Source of the DNA: Candidatus Bathyarchaeota archaeon | GTDB taxonomy: Archaea; Thermoproteota; Bathyarchaeia; Bathyarchaeales; Bathycorpusculaceae | DNA: 41,580 bases | Assembly: GCA_963777155.1 (NCBI GenBank) | Contig: CAVZPM010000015.1 | Coordinates: forward strand, 1-41,580 | Direction: 5' to 3' | Shown: positions 9,854 through 18,870 of the stretch, one piece after another | Layout of the letters: every line of letters begins with the position of its first letter | Position numbering within the stretch: the stretch's first letter is position 1 | Notes under the pieces: generated by a model | Databases searched by the model: none | Told to the model about the DNA's origin: nothing | Seen by the model: the letters and a program-made list of their open reading frames with translations, nothing else | Program-made: the position numbers and the translations under genes

Positions 9854-9978
9854 CAGAGATTCTCCTTGTAATACCCTATTGATGTAACGTCTACATATTT
9901 AAATCTAAACCTAGGCGGCAGACGTGGCAAAAAAAGTTTTAATATTCAAAAGAAGCCTCAAGTGACCAGCCACTCAGC

Positions 9979-10395
9979 TTAACCTTGAGTGGTAGCTTTT
10001 TTCCATTCATTCATTAGCATGTTAAAACACTCATCGCTTTCCTCAATTAGTTTAAGCCAACCCAAATTTGCTGCAATCTTTTGTGTCAAGATGTGGTAGC
10101 ACATGTGGACTTTTTTGTCAAGAACTCGAAAGTAGAAGTCGTCGCAGGTGCAAAACTCTGCTTCTGGCATGATGAGGTAGTCGCGTTCTCTGCCAACGAC
10201 GATCCAAACGACTCTTCCACTAGGTCTGAAGACATATTTTTTTACTCTGCCCTCCTTTAAGGCGTCAAGAGCTTTGGTGAACCTTGACCCGAAAAGTTCA
10301 TAGAGCTCAGTTAGGTTGTCGCCTGACAGTTTGCCAGCTGATTTTGCTTCTCGGCAAATAGTGTTTAGGGTGTCAGTTTCCGAGTTTTCGGTCAT
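9979..10395 (-). CDS. SWIM zinc-finger protein
   Basis: CxC...CxH motif FCTCDDFYFRVLDKKVHMCYHIL preceded by VWIVVGRERDYLI. Confidence 0.82.
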   Translation of the reverse strand: MTENSETDTLNTICREAKSAGKLSGDNLTELYELFGSRFTKALDALKEGRVKKYVFRPSGRVVWIVVGRERDYLIMPEAEFCTCDDFYFRVLDKKVHMCYHILTQKIAANLGWLKLIEESDECFNMLMNEWKKATTQG

Positions 10396-10431
10396 CTTGC
10401 ATATCTATGAAGAGAGGGAAAATTTAGGCTT

Positions 10432-11025
10432 TTAGCCTATGTTTATGGGTTCGCCTTTGGGTTTTGACGACTCTGCTTTAGGTAACACGACTTCTAACAC
10501 GCCGTTTTTGTAGGTTGAGTTTGCGTCTTTAACCCTGACTTTGGCGGGCAGATTCACTTCTTTGTAGTATTTGTACTGTGGCGTATCAACCGAAATCTCC
10601 AAAGAATCTTCTGTTCCGTGAAGTTTTATATCAGTTTTCTCAACACCTGGCAACTCAACAACTACATGAATATCCTCGTTTGTTTCCATCGTATCAACGA
10701 GTGGTTCACGTTCCTCCTTAACCTGAGGGGTGCCCTTGAGTCCTTTTTTGATGTTGCCAAACTCCTGAATGTCGGGTTTGCCGTCGGGACCAATCTTCAT
10801 GCTGTAACCATAAACAAACGGTCCAAGCTCCTTAACGGTGCTGCCGTCAGGAAGCTTACGTTCCTTAACGTACTCCTTTGGAACTTTGTCTGTGAAGTTT
10901 TTGAGTTCCTCGTCCATCATTTTCTCCATTTCACGGAGCATGTCGTCTATGTTGCTGAAGGGGTCTTTAGATGGGATGCGGCGTTTCTTGAACCATTCAG
11001 GAGTATCTTCGTTTTCTGAAGACAT
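10432..11025 (-). CDS. hsp20: Archaeal small heat-shock protein Hsp20
   Basis: GPFVYGYSMKIGPDGKP (archaeal Hsp20), REPLVD, ELPGVEK, YKNGVLEVVLPK; SD GGTGA upstream. Confidence 0.93.
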   Translation of the reverse strand: MSSENEDTPEWFKKRRIPSKDPFSNIDDMLREMEKMMDEELKNFTDKVPKEYVKERKLPDGSTVKELGPFVYGYSMKIGPDGKPDIQEFGNIKKGLKGTPQVKEEREPLVDTMETNEDIHVVVELPGVEKTDIKLHGTEDSLEISVDTPQYKYYKEVNLPAKVRVKDANSTYKNGVLEVVLPKAESSKPKGEPINIG

Positions 11026-11149
11026 ACAGTCACCGACTTCTAAAGGAGATTTTCAATCCAATAAATTTATTGTTCAAAAAATATTGATAGTAATTAGAGT
11101 TAGCTCTATTGACTGCACTTAAAAATAATTGAGGTAAACTTAAGCCAAT

Positions 11150-11181
11150 ATTTATACACTTCAAGGTTATCAAACCCTGAA
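11150..11181 (-). promoter_or_regulatory. TATA box (TATAAATA, minus strand) with adjacent 22-bp imperfect palindrome, upstream of hsp20
   Basis: TTCAAGGTT-ATCA-AACCCTGAA at 11160-11181 has 9-bp arms with one mismatch and lies 2 nt from the minus-strand TATAAATA. Confidence 0.4.
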
Positions 11182-11405
11182 AATAACTTTTCCGATGTTC
11201 CCATTCAAATTGACCTGAAAAGCTGAGCTAAAATTTGTATTACTACAATCGTGGGACTGGTGTTGTTTGAGAGAAAAGAATTCACCTAACCTGAATAGCT
11301 TAGAAACTTTACTTGCATAATCTGGATATTTTGTTGGGAAATCTTAAGGTTTAAATGAAGGCAGATAAACTAAAATGGCATCGGCGCAAAACCGAGAGGC
11401 AATGT

Positions 11406-11514
11406 GCCGGGGTAGCCTAGCCTGGCTAGGGCGCCAGACTCATAATCTGGAGTGCAAAAGGGGCCATCGCCCTATGCCCAGAAGTCGCGGGCTCGAATCC
11501 CGTCCCCGGCACCA
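11406..11514 (+). tRNA. trnM: tRNA-Met(CAT), elongator type, with 31-nt intron (11453-11483) and encoded CCA
   Basis: Acceptor GCCGGGG/CCCCGGC+ACCA; anticodon arm CCAGA-CTCATAA-TCTGG; T arm GCGGG-CTCGAAT-CCCGT. Intron removal restores an AGGTC variable loop. TTTAAATG lies about 50 nt upstream and a T-tract follows. Confidence 0.93.
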
Positions 11515-11632
11515 TTTTTTCAACAGTTTTCTTAGCATGCCTTTTGGTTTTGTTTTTGGGTGCAGCTGGTTTGTAATGGAATAGGCACAAATTTTATATC
11601 GATAGACGTATCGTTTTACTATGTGGTTAACG

Positions 11633-11845
11633 ATGGAGACGGTTACAGTTTCAAAAAAATACCAAATAGTCATCCCAGAAAAGCTACGAAAACAGGCAGG
11701 GATTAAACCCGGCGACAAAATGGTTGCCATAACAAAACACGGAGTCATCCAGTATATTCCTGTACGTCCACTAAAAGAAACTGAAGGATTTATCCCAGGA
11801 CTTGACACCAAAAACCTCCGCGATGAGTCTGACAGAATTGATTAG
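11633..11845 (+). CDS. vapB: AbrB/MazE-family antitoxin (VapB)
   Basis: METVTVSKKYQIVIPEKLRKQAGIKPGD is the AbrB signature; overlaps the PIN toxin gene. Confidence 0.88.
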   Translation: METVTVSKKYQIVIPEKLRKQAGIKPGDKMVAITKHGVIQYIPVRPLKETEGFIPGLDTKNLRDESDRID

Positions 11846-12209
11846 CGTAGACAGTTCTGGTTGGATCGAATGGTTCACTAATGGGCCTAAGGCATCAAAA
11901 TACAAACAGGTTATTGAGTCCACAAAGCCCGAGAAGATAGTGACTTCCGTTGTAATACTCTATGAAGTTTACAAGAAAATCAAAAAACAAAAAGGCGAGG
12001 AAGAAGCGTTACTGGCAGTTGCTGCCCTAAGCCAGACCACAATTATACCTATCGATCAAACAATATCTCTTGAAGCTGCAGATTATAGTCTTGAATATAA
12101 CCTGCACTTCTCTGATGCTTTAGTTTACGCTACCGCTCGTCACTTTAAAGCCAAACTATACACTAGCGATAGCGATTTGAAACCCTTAAAGACTGTATAT
12201 TTTATCTAA
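11823..12209 (+). CDS. vapC: PIN-domain toxin VapC
   Basis: VDSSGWIE, ILYEVYK, LHFSDALVYATA, LYTSDSD give the PIN acidic residues; start is ATG 11823 or TTG 11838. Confidence 0.9.
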   Translation: MSLTELISVDSSGWIEWFTNGPKASKYKQVIESTKPEKIVTSVVILYEVYKKIKKQKGEEEALLAVAALSQTTIIPIDQTISLEAADYSLEYNLHFSDALVYATARHFKAKLYTSDSDLKPLKTVYFI

Positions 12210-12266
12210 CCAAGATTGCCTTAAATTAAAAACTCGTAGTTTGGCAACTTTGCTCTAAGAAAAACC

Positions 12267-12737
12267 TTACGTCTCATAGGTTTCCTTTAGATTCTTGGCA
12301 AACTCTTCCGCGTTTTTAAGATCTTCAGCGTTAGGTCTGCCCTTATTCATTCCGCCAAAGAATTTGAGAAAACTGTTTGTGTTAAATCCATGGCAATTAA
12401 ACTCGTCAATGATTGTGTAACCTTTGGCTTGTAGTTTTTCTCTGAGTGTAGTGTGTATTTTTGTCATGTACTTGGGGTTTGAAACTCCGCTGGTGGAGAA
12501 AATAAACGCTTTCTTGTCCACTACTTGCGGCAGTGTTTCGGCGAAGTCAAGAAGGGGTTTGTAATGTTTTCCGCTATCTATCCCACTGCCAAAACCTATC
12601 AGCGTATACTCTTGGATTTCTTTGGGGTTTGTGTGCTGTGGAGTAGCTATTTTTGCGTCAAGAACTTTAGCGAAGACTTCAGCGATCTTTGAAGTATTAT
12701 TATGATGATATGAATATGCAACTAATAGCGTCTTCAT
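12267..12737 (-). CDS. Flavodoxin-family protein
   Basis: YSYHHNNTSKIAE, LIGFGSGI, KAFIFSTSG, GRPNAEDLKNAEEFA. Confidence 0.88.
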   Translation of the reverse strand: MKTLLVAYSYHHNNTSKIAEVFAKVLDAKIATPQHTNPKEIQEYTLIGFGSGIDSGKHYKPLLDFAETLPQVVDKKAFIFSTSGVSNPKYMTKIHTTLREKLQAKGYTIIDEFNCHGFNTNSFLKFFGGMNKGRPNAEDLKNAEEFAKNLKETYET

Positions 12738-13079
12738 TACTTATCCCTCTTTACCAAACAGTCTTTCTTAACTGTAATATCTTTTTAGTGCTCTTAGGGG
12801 GTTTAGGGGTTGGTTTTCAAAATATCTCAATGCACAACTATGTTGAAAACCTCCACAAGCAGCCTAAAATCTGCCACAACCAACATGGGAAAAGCTCTTC
12901 CACATCCACTACTTCTACCAGACAAACCCCAAAATACAATGCAAATCTAAAACAGAGCCCAGAACACAGCCGTCTGGAAGACTTGCGCACACAAAACACC
13001 CACTACAACAACCAAAAGAAAACCAAACAGCAAGAAAAGCAGACTTGTTGAATTCTCATCCCTAAAAGAGACCTTCAAC

Positions 13080-13240
13080 AACTACCAACATGAAAAAAAC
13101 CCGTTTACTTCTACAACAACAACCAAACAAACCAAAAACCACAACCCAAACCAGAAACAAACCTCAAAAAACAACCAGAAAAAACGCTTTTGCACACAGG
13201 ACAAACCAACAACAACCACAAAGAAAACTTGAAAAAAGGC
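13080..13240. repeat. A/C-rich low-complexity tract
   Basis: 57 of 60 bases at 13111-13170 are A or C (counted); irregular CAA/ACCA units with no exact period. Confidence 0.7.
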
Positions 13241-13286
13241 AAGAGTTTTTACCTTTATCACCAAATGATTCCAAGAGCAAAACACA

Positions 13287-14898
13287 ATGAAAAAAGATGC
13301 CCCTTGGTTCAGCTATTGGCCATCTGAAGTGCCAAAACATATAGAGTATCCACAGGTTCCTCTGCAAGAAATCCTTAGAAAAATCGCAGACGCTTATCCA
13401 GAAAAAATCGCCATAGTCTATGGTGGACAAGAAATCAGCTATGCTCGGCTGGAGGTGCTTTCAAACCAGTTTGCCAATGCATTGGTTAAGTTAAAAGTTG
13501 GGAAAGGTGATAGGGTGGCTGTTTTCTTGCCAAATATTCCTCAGTTTATCATCGCGTATTTTGGTGCTCTTAAGGCAGGCGCGGTTGTAACGGCGATTAG
13601 CCCACTGCATCGTGAACGAGAAGTTGAGTATCAACTTGTAGATTCAGGGGCAGAAACCATAGTGACGCTGGGTTCTCTTTATCCGATTGTGGAGAAAATT
13701 AGGGAAAAAACCCAGGTTAAACACGTAATAATTACGGGGTTAATCGAAAACACTCTCTCTCCAAGAATTTCAAACGCCTTGATTTTCGACCAATTACTTG
13801 AAAACAGCCCAAGAACAGCTCCAAAAGTCAAGGTTAATCCTCATGTGGATCTAGCGGCTCTGCAGTACACAGGCGGCACAACAGGAACAGCAAAAGGTGC
13901 CATGCTAACCCACAGCAACCTACTCTCAAACGCTTTTGCTTTCGCCAAATGGATACGAGGCACGGAAGCGAAAGAGACCTTTCTGACTGCTTTGCCGCTT
14001 TTCCACATCTACGGTATGACCACAAGCATGACTGTGCCCATAAGTTTAGCTGCAAGAATGGTTCTCATGCCAAAGTTCGAGTCAGCCAAAGTTTTGGAAA
14101 CCATCCAAAAGTACCGAGTCACGGTTTTCTGCGGTGTTCCAACCATGTACTCGGCTCTACTAGCTAATCCAGACCTTGGCAAACACGACTTAACCTCCAT
14201 CCGCGTCTGCATTTCAGGCGCATCTTCTTTGCCTCCGCAGATCCAAAAGCGATTCATGGAGGTCACTGGTGGGTTTCTTGCTGAAGGTTATGGATTAACT
14301 GAGGCGTCTCCTGTCACGCATTGTACCCCTGTTGATAGGAGCATGAAGACGGTTAAAGTGGGCTCCATCGGGTTGCCGCTTCCAGATACGGAAGCGCAAA
14401 TCGTCGATTTGCAAACGGGTAAACGACTCAATGTGGGGGAGACTGGCGAACTCGCCGTGAAGGGACCTCAAGTAATGAAGGGCTACTGGAACAAACCCGA
14501 GGAAACAGCCTTAGTGCTCCATGACGGTTGGCTCCTGACGGGCGACATCGCACACATGGACAGCGACGGCTACTTCTACATTACTGACCGCAAAAAAGAC
14601 CTCATCAAAACCAAGGACTACAGCGTTTATCCTCGGGAACTAGAAGATGTCCTCTATGAGCATCCAGCAGTGAAGCTCTGCGCAGTCGTGGGCAAACCCG
14701 ATGACATCTGCGGGCGAGGTTCCAAAAGCTTACATCGTCCTCAAAGAAGATGCAGCTGCCTCAGCGGATGAAATTATGTCATTCGTCAACGGCAAAGTGG
14801 CGCCCTACAAAGCCATACGAGAAGTCGAATTCCGAAAAGAACTACCCCTCAGCGCAGCAGGCAAAGTTCTGAAGCGACTGCTCCAAGAAAAGCCCTAA
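13287..14898 (+). CDS. Long-chain fatty-acid--CoA ligase (one apparent frameshift near 14705)
   Basis: LQYTGGTTGTAKG, EGYGLTE, WLLTGDIA, DRKKDLI. The C-terminal GEVPKAYIV...LPLSAAGKVLKR continues in the 14701..14898 frame. Confidence 0.9.
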
Positions 14899-14901
14899 AC
14901 A

Positions 14902-15150
14902 CTACTCTTTTCTCTTCCAGAGCTTAAGCACTACTTTTTCTCCCATCCAAGCAAAAAACAAAACAACAAAGAAGGGACCCAAAAAGAATGCGAAAACAAA
15001 ATCGTTGTTGGTGGTTGCCGCTTTACCTAAAACTTCTGGATAAAGGGCTACGCCTGCTATGACTAGGGCAGCGGTTAAAAGAAATGCAACGACAAACGTA
15101 ACCCACTTCATACATCTTGATGGGAAATTGTTTGGTTTAAGCTTTGCCAC
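14902..15150 (-). CDS. Hypothetical small membrane protein, 2 TM helices
   Basis: 82-aa ORF with two hydrophobic segments; fills the gap between flanking genes. Confidence 0.55.
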   Translation of the reverse strand: MAKLKPNNFPSRCMKWVTFVVAFLLTAALVIAGVALYPEVLGKAATTNNDFVFAFFLGPFFVVLFFAWMGEKVVLKLWKRKE

Positions 15151-15209
15151 CTATTTTTCGAAATGTATAAGAGAAAACCTTGGTTCTCAGTTAAGTTAAG
15201 GTTTAGTCT

Positions 15210-17489
15210 TTGCGTGTCAAGCTCAACGTTACAGGTATCGTGCAAGGCGTAGGTTTTCGCCCATTCATCTACCGCATAGCCATGAAAAACGGTTTGGCAG
15301 GCTACGTTCGGAACAGAGGTGACGCCGGCGTTGAGGTGCTCATTGAGGGTGAAGCAGAGAAAATCCGCAGTTTTATGTGCGATCTAACTGAACAGAAACC
15401 GCCGTTAGCCCAAATAGAAAAAATTAACCGCACCGAACTTTCAGGCAAGAACGAGTACGAACAGTTCACCATTTTCAAGAGTTCCCAAGAAGCGCAAACC
15501 TCAGGCTCAATCATCCCGCCCGACATAGCCATCTGCAACCAATGTCTCAAAGAACTACGCGACCCCAAAGACCCCCGCTTTGAATACTTTTTTATTACCT
15601 GCACAGATTGCGGTCCACGCTTCACAATCATCGAGCGCCTGCCCTACGATCGAGAAAACACTACGATGCGTGAGTTTCCGCTCTATGGTTTTTGCCAGAA
15701 AGAATATGAGGATCCTTCGAACAGGCGTTTTCATGCCCAGACGGTAGCGTGTCCAACTTGTGGACCTAAAGCTTATTTGGCGACAAACACTGGCGAGGTA
15801 ATCCAAACTCAAGACCCTGTGCGGCTGGCTGGAAAGTTGCTTTCGGAAGGCAACATTCTTGCCGTGAAAGGATACGGCGGCTTCCATATTGCATCATCAA
15901 CCGTATTGGAGCGGCCCCTGCTTAGGCTTCGAACCACAAAACACCGACAAGAAAAACCCTTCGCCATCATGGCAAAAAGTCTCCAAGCCGCAAAAAGGTT
16001 TGCCGAAGTGGGTTCAAAGGAGAAGGAATTGCTGACTTCCCCTGCACGCCCAATCGTCTTGTTAAACAAAAACCCCAGATACAACCTGTCACCGCTGGTT
16101 GCTCCACACCTACACAACATCGGCGTAATGTTGCCATACACTGGCCTACACTACATGCTCTTTGACCAAGTAAGCGACTCTACGTTCGTGATGACCAGCG
16201 CCAACCCAGCAAACCAACCCATAGTAAAAGACAACGACCAAGCCCGCAAAATCCTCGGCGAAACCGTCGATTATTTCCTATTTCATAACCGCAAAATCGC
16301 CCACCGCTGCGACGACTCCGTCATGCGAGTCCATGACAGTCGCCAGGTGTATCTCAGACGAAGCCGAGGTTACGCTCCAGCGCCAATTAGGCTCAAGCAG
16401 AAGTCGAAGCGTTGCGTCGTGGGCTTAGGCGGAGAACTAAACAACACCTCCTGCGTACTGCTCGAGGATAAAGCATTCATTAGCCAGCACATAGGCGACG
16501 TCGAAAACATCGAAACCCAGAAGTTCCTTCAAGAAGCCACAACCCACCTTCAGCGCTTGACCAACTGCCACGCTGAAACGGTAGCTTGCGATTTGCATCC
16601 CAAATTCAACACCACTCTGTTGGCAAAAGAGATGGCGCAGGCGGATGGTTTGGGGCTGGTTCAGGTGCAACATCATCATGCGCATGCGGCGGCGTTGATG
16701 GCGGAGCATGGTTTGGATGAGATAATGGCTGTTACTTGCGATGGATATGGCTATGGTTCTGATGGCGGGGCATGGGGCGGTGAAGTCCTCTTCTGTACCA
16801 GTGAATCAGCAGAATTCAAGCGGCTTGGGCATCTAGAAACTCAACCCTTGCTTGGCGGAGACTTAGCTAGCCGTTACCCCATACGCGTTGCGGCTGGAGT
16901 GCTCCAAAAAGCAGGCATAAACGTTGAAGACTGGTTAATAAAAAACAGCATCCATCTGCCCCATGGTAAAACAGAAGCAGAACTAATCCTTGAACAACTC
17001 AAAAAAACGAACGTTGTCGAAACAACAAGTTGCGGCAGGGTGCTGGATGCGGTTGCGGCGGTTTTAGGCGTTTGCTTTGAACGAAGCTATGAAGGGGAAC
17101 CTGCCATGAAACTGGAATCAACGGCGCTAGCTGGCAAGGACAGTTTGGGTCTTAAACCCGTATTGCAGGGGGATGTTTTGGATACGACGTGCCTGATGGA
17201 AGCAATTTATCGCAATTTGGGTAGAGTTTCTGTCGCAGATTTAGCTTATAGCGCCCACGTTTACTTGGCAAAGGGCTTAGCGGCACTGGCAATTCAAAGC
17301 GCAAACGCAGAAGGCGTCAAAAATGTGGGTTTTTCGGGCGGAGCAGCATGCAACCAAATCCTTGTCCGGCTGATGCGGGAAACCGTTGAAGCCGCAGGTT
17401 TGCAGTTTTTTGTCCATGAGGTTGTCCCATCAGGAGACGGCGGGGTCTCGTTTGGTCAAGCAGTTGTGGCTGGATTTTCCAAATTCTAG
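15210..17489 (+). CDS. hypF: [NiFe]-hydrogenase maturation carbamoyltransferase HypF
   Basis: Acylphosphatase domain VQGVGFRPF, Zn fingers, KGYGGFH, TSAN, QHHHAHA, DGYGYG, DGGVSFGQ. Confidence 0.96.
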   Translation: MRVKLNVTGIVQGVGFRPFIYRIAMKNGLAGYVRNRGDAGVEVLIEGEAEKIRSFMCDLTEQKPPLAQIEKINRTELSGKNEYEQFTIFKSSQEAQTSGSIIPPDIAICNQCLKELRDPKDPRFEYFFITCTDCGPRFTIIERLPYDRENTTMREFPLYGFCQKEYEDPSNRRFHAQTVACPTCGPKAYLATNTGEVIQTQDPVRLAGKLLSEGNILAVKGYGGFHIASSTVLERPLLRLRTTKHRQEKPFAIMAKSLQAAKRFAEVGSKEKELLTSPARPIVLLNKNPRYNLSPLVAPHLHNIGVMLPYTGLHYMLFDQVSDSTFVMTSANPANQPIVKDNDQARKILGETVDYFLFHNRKIAHRCDDSVMRVHDSRQVYLRRSRGYAPAPIRLKQKSKRCVVGLGGELNNTSCVLLEDKAFISQHIGDVENIETQKFLQEATTHLQRLTNCHAETVACDLHPKFNTTLLAKEMAQADGLGLVQVQHHHAHAAALMAEHGLDEIMAVTCDGYGYGSDGGAWGGEVLFCTSESAEFKRLGHLETQPLLGGDLASRYPIRVAAGVLQKAGINVEDWLIKNSIHLPHGKTEAELILEQLKKTNVVETTSCGRVLDAVAAVLGVCFERSYEGEPAMKLESTALAGKDSLGLKPVLQGDVLDTTCLMEAIYRNLGRVSVADLAYSAHVYLAKGLAALAIQSANAEGVKNVGFSGGAACNQILVRLMRETVEAAGLQFFVHEVVPSGDGGVSFGQAVVAGFSKF

Positions 17490-17539
17490 ACCAATCTGTT
17501 TTTATCGCCCTTCTGCGCGTTTTATTTTGACTGATTGTT

Positions 17540-17764
17540 ATGTGTTTAGCGATTCCTGCAAAGATTCTGAGCCTTGAAGGCACCAAAGCCCATGTGGACT
17601 TTGGTCAGGGAGTTTTGCGTGAGGTTAACGTTACGCTTGTTGAAGCCAAAGTCGGTATGTACGTGTTGGTTCATGCAGGCTACGCCATTCAGGTTTTGGA
17701 GGAAAAGGAAGCCTTAGAAACCTTAAGCCTCTGGAACGATGTTTTAGCTTCTGCTGGAGAATAG
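17540..17764 (+). CDS. hypC: Hydrogenase chaperone HypC
   Basis: MCLAIPAK N-terminus; YVLVHAGYAI. Confidence 0.96.
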   Translation: MCLAIPAKILSLEGTKAHVDFGQGVLREVNVTLVEAKVGMYVLVHAGYAIQVLEEKEALETLSLWNDVLASAGE

Positions 17765-17781
17765 CCTGGCAAGTTGAGATT

Positions 17782-18870
17782 ATGGCGCAAAACGTAAAGT
17801 TTCGAAATCCCGAACTGGCACACAGCATCGCAGAAAAAATCAAGACTGTGACACCAAAGAAGGGAACGATCAAGTTTTGCCATGTCTGCGGAACACATGA
17901 GTGGACAATAACCCACTTTGGCTTGCGCAGCCTCTTGCCTGAAAACGTTGAAGTCATCGCTGGACCTGGATGCCCAGTATGTATTGTTCCTGCCGCAGAA
18001 ATCGATGAAGCGGTCCAGTTAGCCCAGAAAGGTATTGTGATTACGTGTTTTGGCGATGTTTTGAGGGTACCCGGAAGTCAATCCTCGCTTTTAGAAACTA
18101 AAGCGGCTGGTAATGACGTAAGAATCGTCTATGCAGTTTCCGATGCAGTGGAAATGGCTAAACGTGAACCCCAAAAAGAATTCGTATTCTCAGCGGTAGG
18201 TTTCGAAACCACAGCCCCCATCACTGCAGTTGAGGCACTCGGCGATTTACCCAAAAACTTCAGCTTCCTTGTTTCCCATCGTCTAATCCCGCCTGCCATG
18301 GAGCTCTTGCTCGGGGTGGGAGACCTGCAAATCGACGGATTCATCGCGCCCGGACACGTAAGCGCCATCATCGGCTTAAAACCCTACGAACTCTTCCCCC
18401 GCGTCTACCGTATGCCCACGATTGTAGCTGGATTTGAACCCAACGACGTGTTGATGGGAATTTACATGCTTCTAAAACAAGTCAGCGAAAGCGATGCACG
18501 ATTGGAGAATGAATATTCCCGTGTGGTCAAGCCTGAAGGCAACGTGAAGGCACAGCAATTAATGAAGCAAGCTTTCAATGTTACTGCGGGCAACTGGCGT
18601 GGCATCGGCAGACTACCCGACTCGGCTCTGCAACTGCGCGAATCACTTAAGGAGTTTGATGCCAGAGAAAAATTTGACGTTCACATTAAAGAAGGCAGAG
18701 ACATCAATTTCGGATGTGAATGTCACCTAGTAATCATTGGAAAAATCAAACCTAAAGAATGCCCTCTGTTCATGAAAACATGCACACCCGCCAAACCCGT
18801 TGGCGCTTGTATGGTTAGCAGCGAAGGCACCTGTCGAGTCTGGGCAAAAAATGTCGCTGCCCAAGCCTAG
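17782..18870 (+). CDS. hypD: Hydrogenase maturation protein HypD
   Basis: CGTH, GPGCPVC, GFETT, PGHVS and the C-terminal Cys cluster ending CMVSSEGTC. Confidence 0.96.
   Translation: MAQNVKFRNPELAHSIAEKIKTVTPKKGTIKFCHVCGTHEWTITHFGLRSLLPENVEVIAGPGCPVCIVPAAEIDEAVQLAQKGIVITCFGDVLRVPGSQSSLLETKAAGNDVRIVYAVSDAVEMAKREPQKEFVFSAVGFETTAPITAVEALGDLPKNFSFLVSHRLIPPAMELLLGVGDLQIDGFIAPGHVSAIIGLKPYELFPRVYRMPTIVAGFEPNDVLMGIYMLLKQVSESDARLENEYSRVVKPEGNVKAQQLMKQAFNVTAGNWRGIGRLPDSALQLRESLKEFDAREKFDVHIKEGRDINFGCECHLVIIGKIKPKECPLFMKTCTPAKPVGACMVSSEGTCRVWAKNVAAQA

Noticed and set aside
11406-11514. tRNA-Ile2(CAT), initiator tRNA-Met, or a long variable arm
   Set aside because: The GCCGGGG acceptor fits archaeal elongator Met (the initiator has A1-U72 and three G-C pairs in the anticodon stem), and the insert has BHB geometry.
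11375-11811. ORFs 11375-11584 and 11440-11811
   Set aside because: They overlap the tRNA and the antitoxin gene.
13080-13240. CRISPR array or true tandem repeat
   Set aside because: No constant repeat unit or spacer period, and no cas genes in the window.
12689-13430. ORFs 12689-13051, 13082-13285, 13090-13290 and 13164-13430
   Set aside because: They stay open because the A/C-biased composition yields few stop codons; the translations merely mirror that bias.
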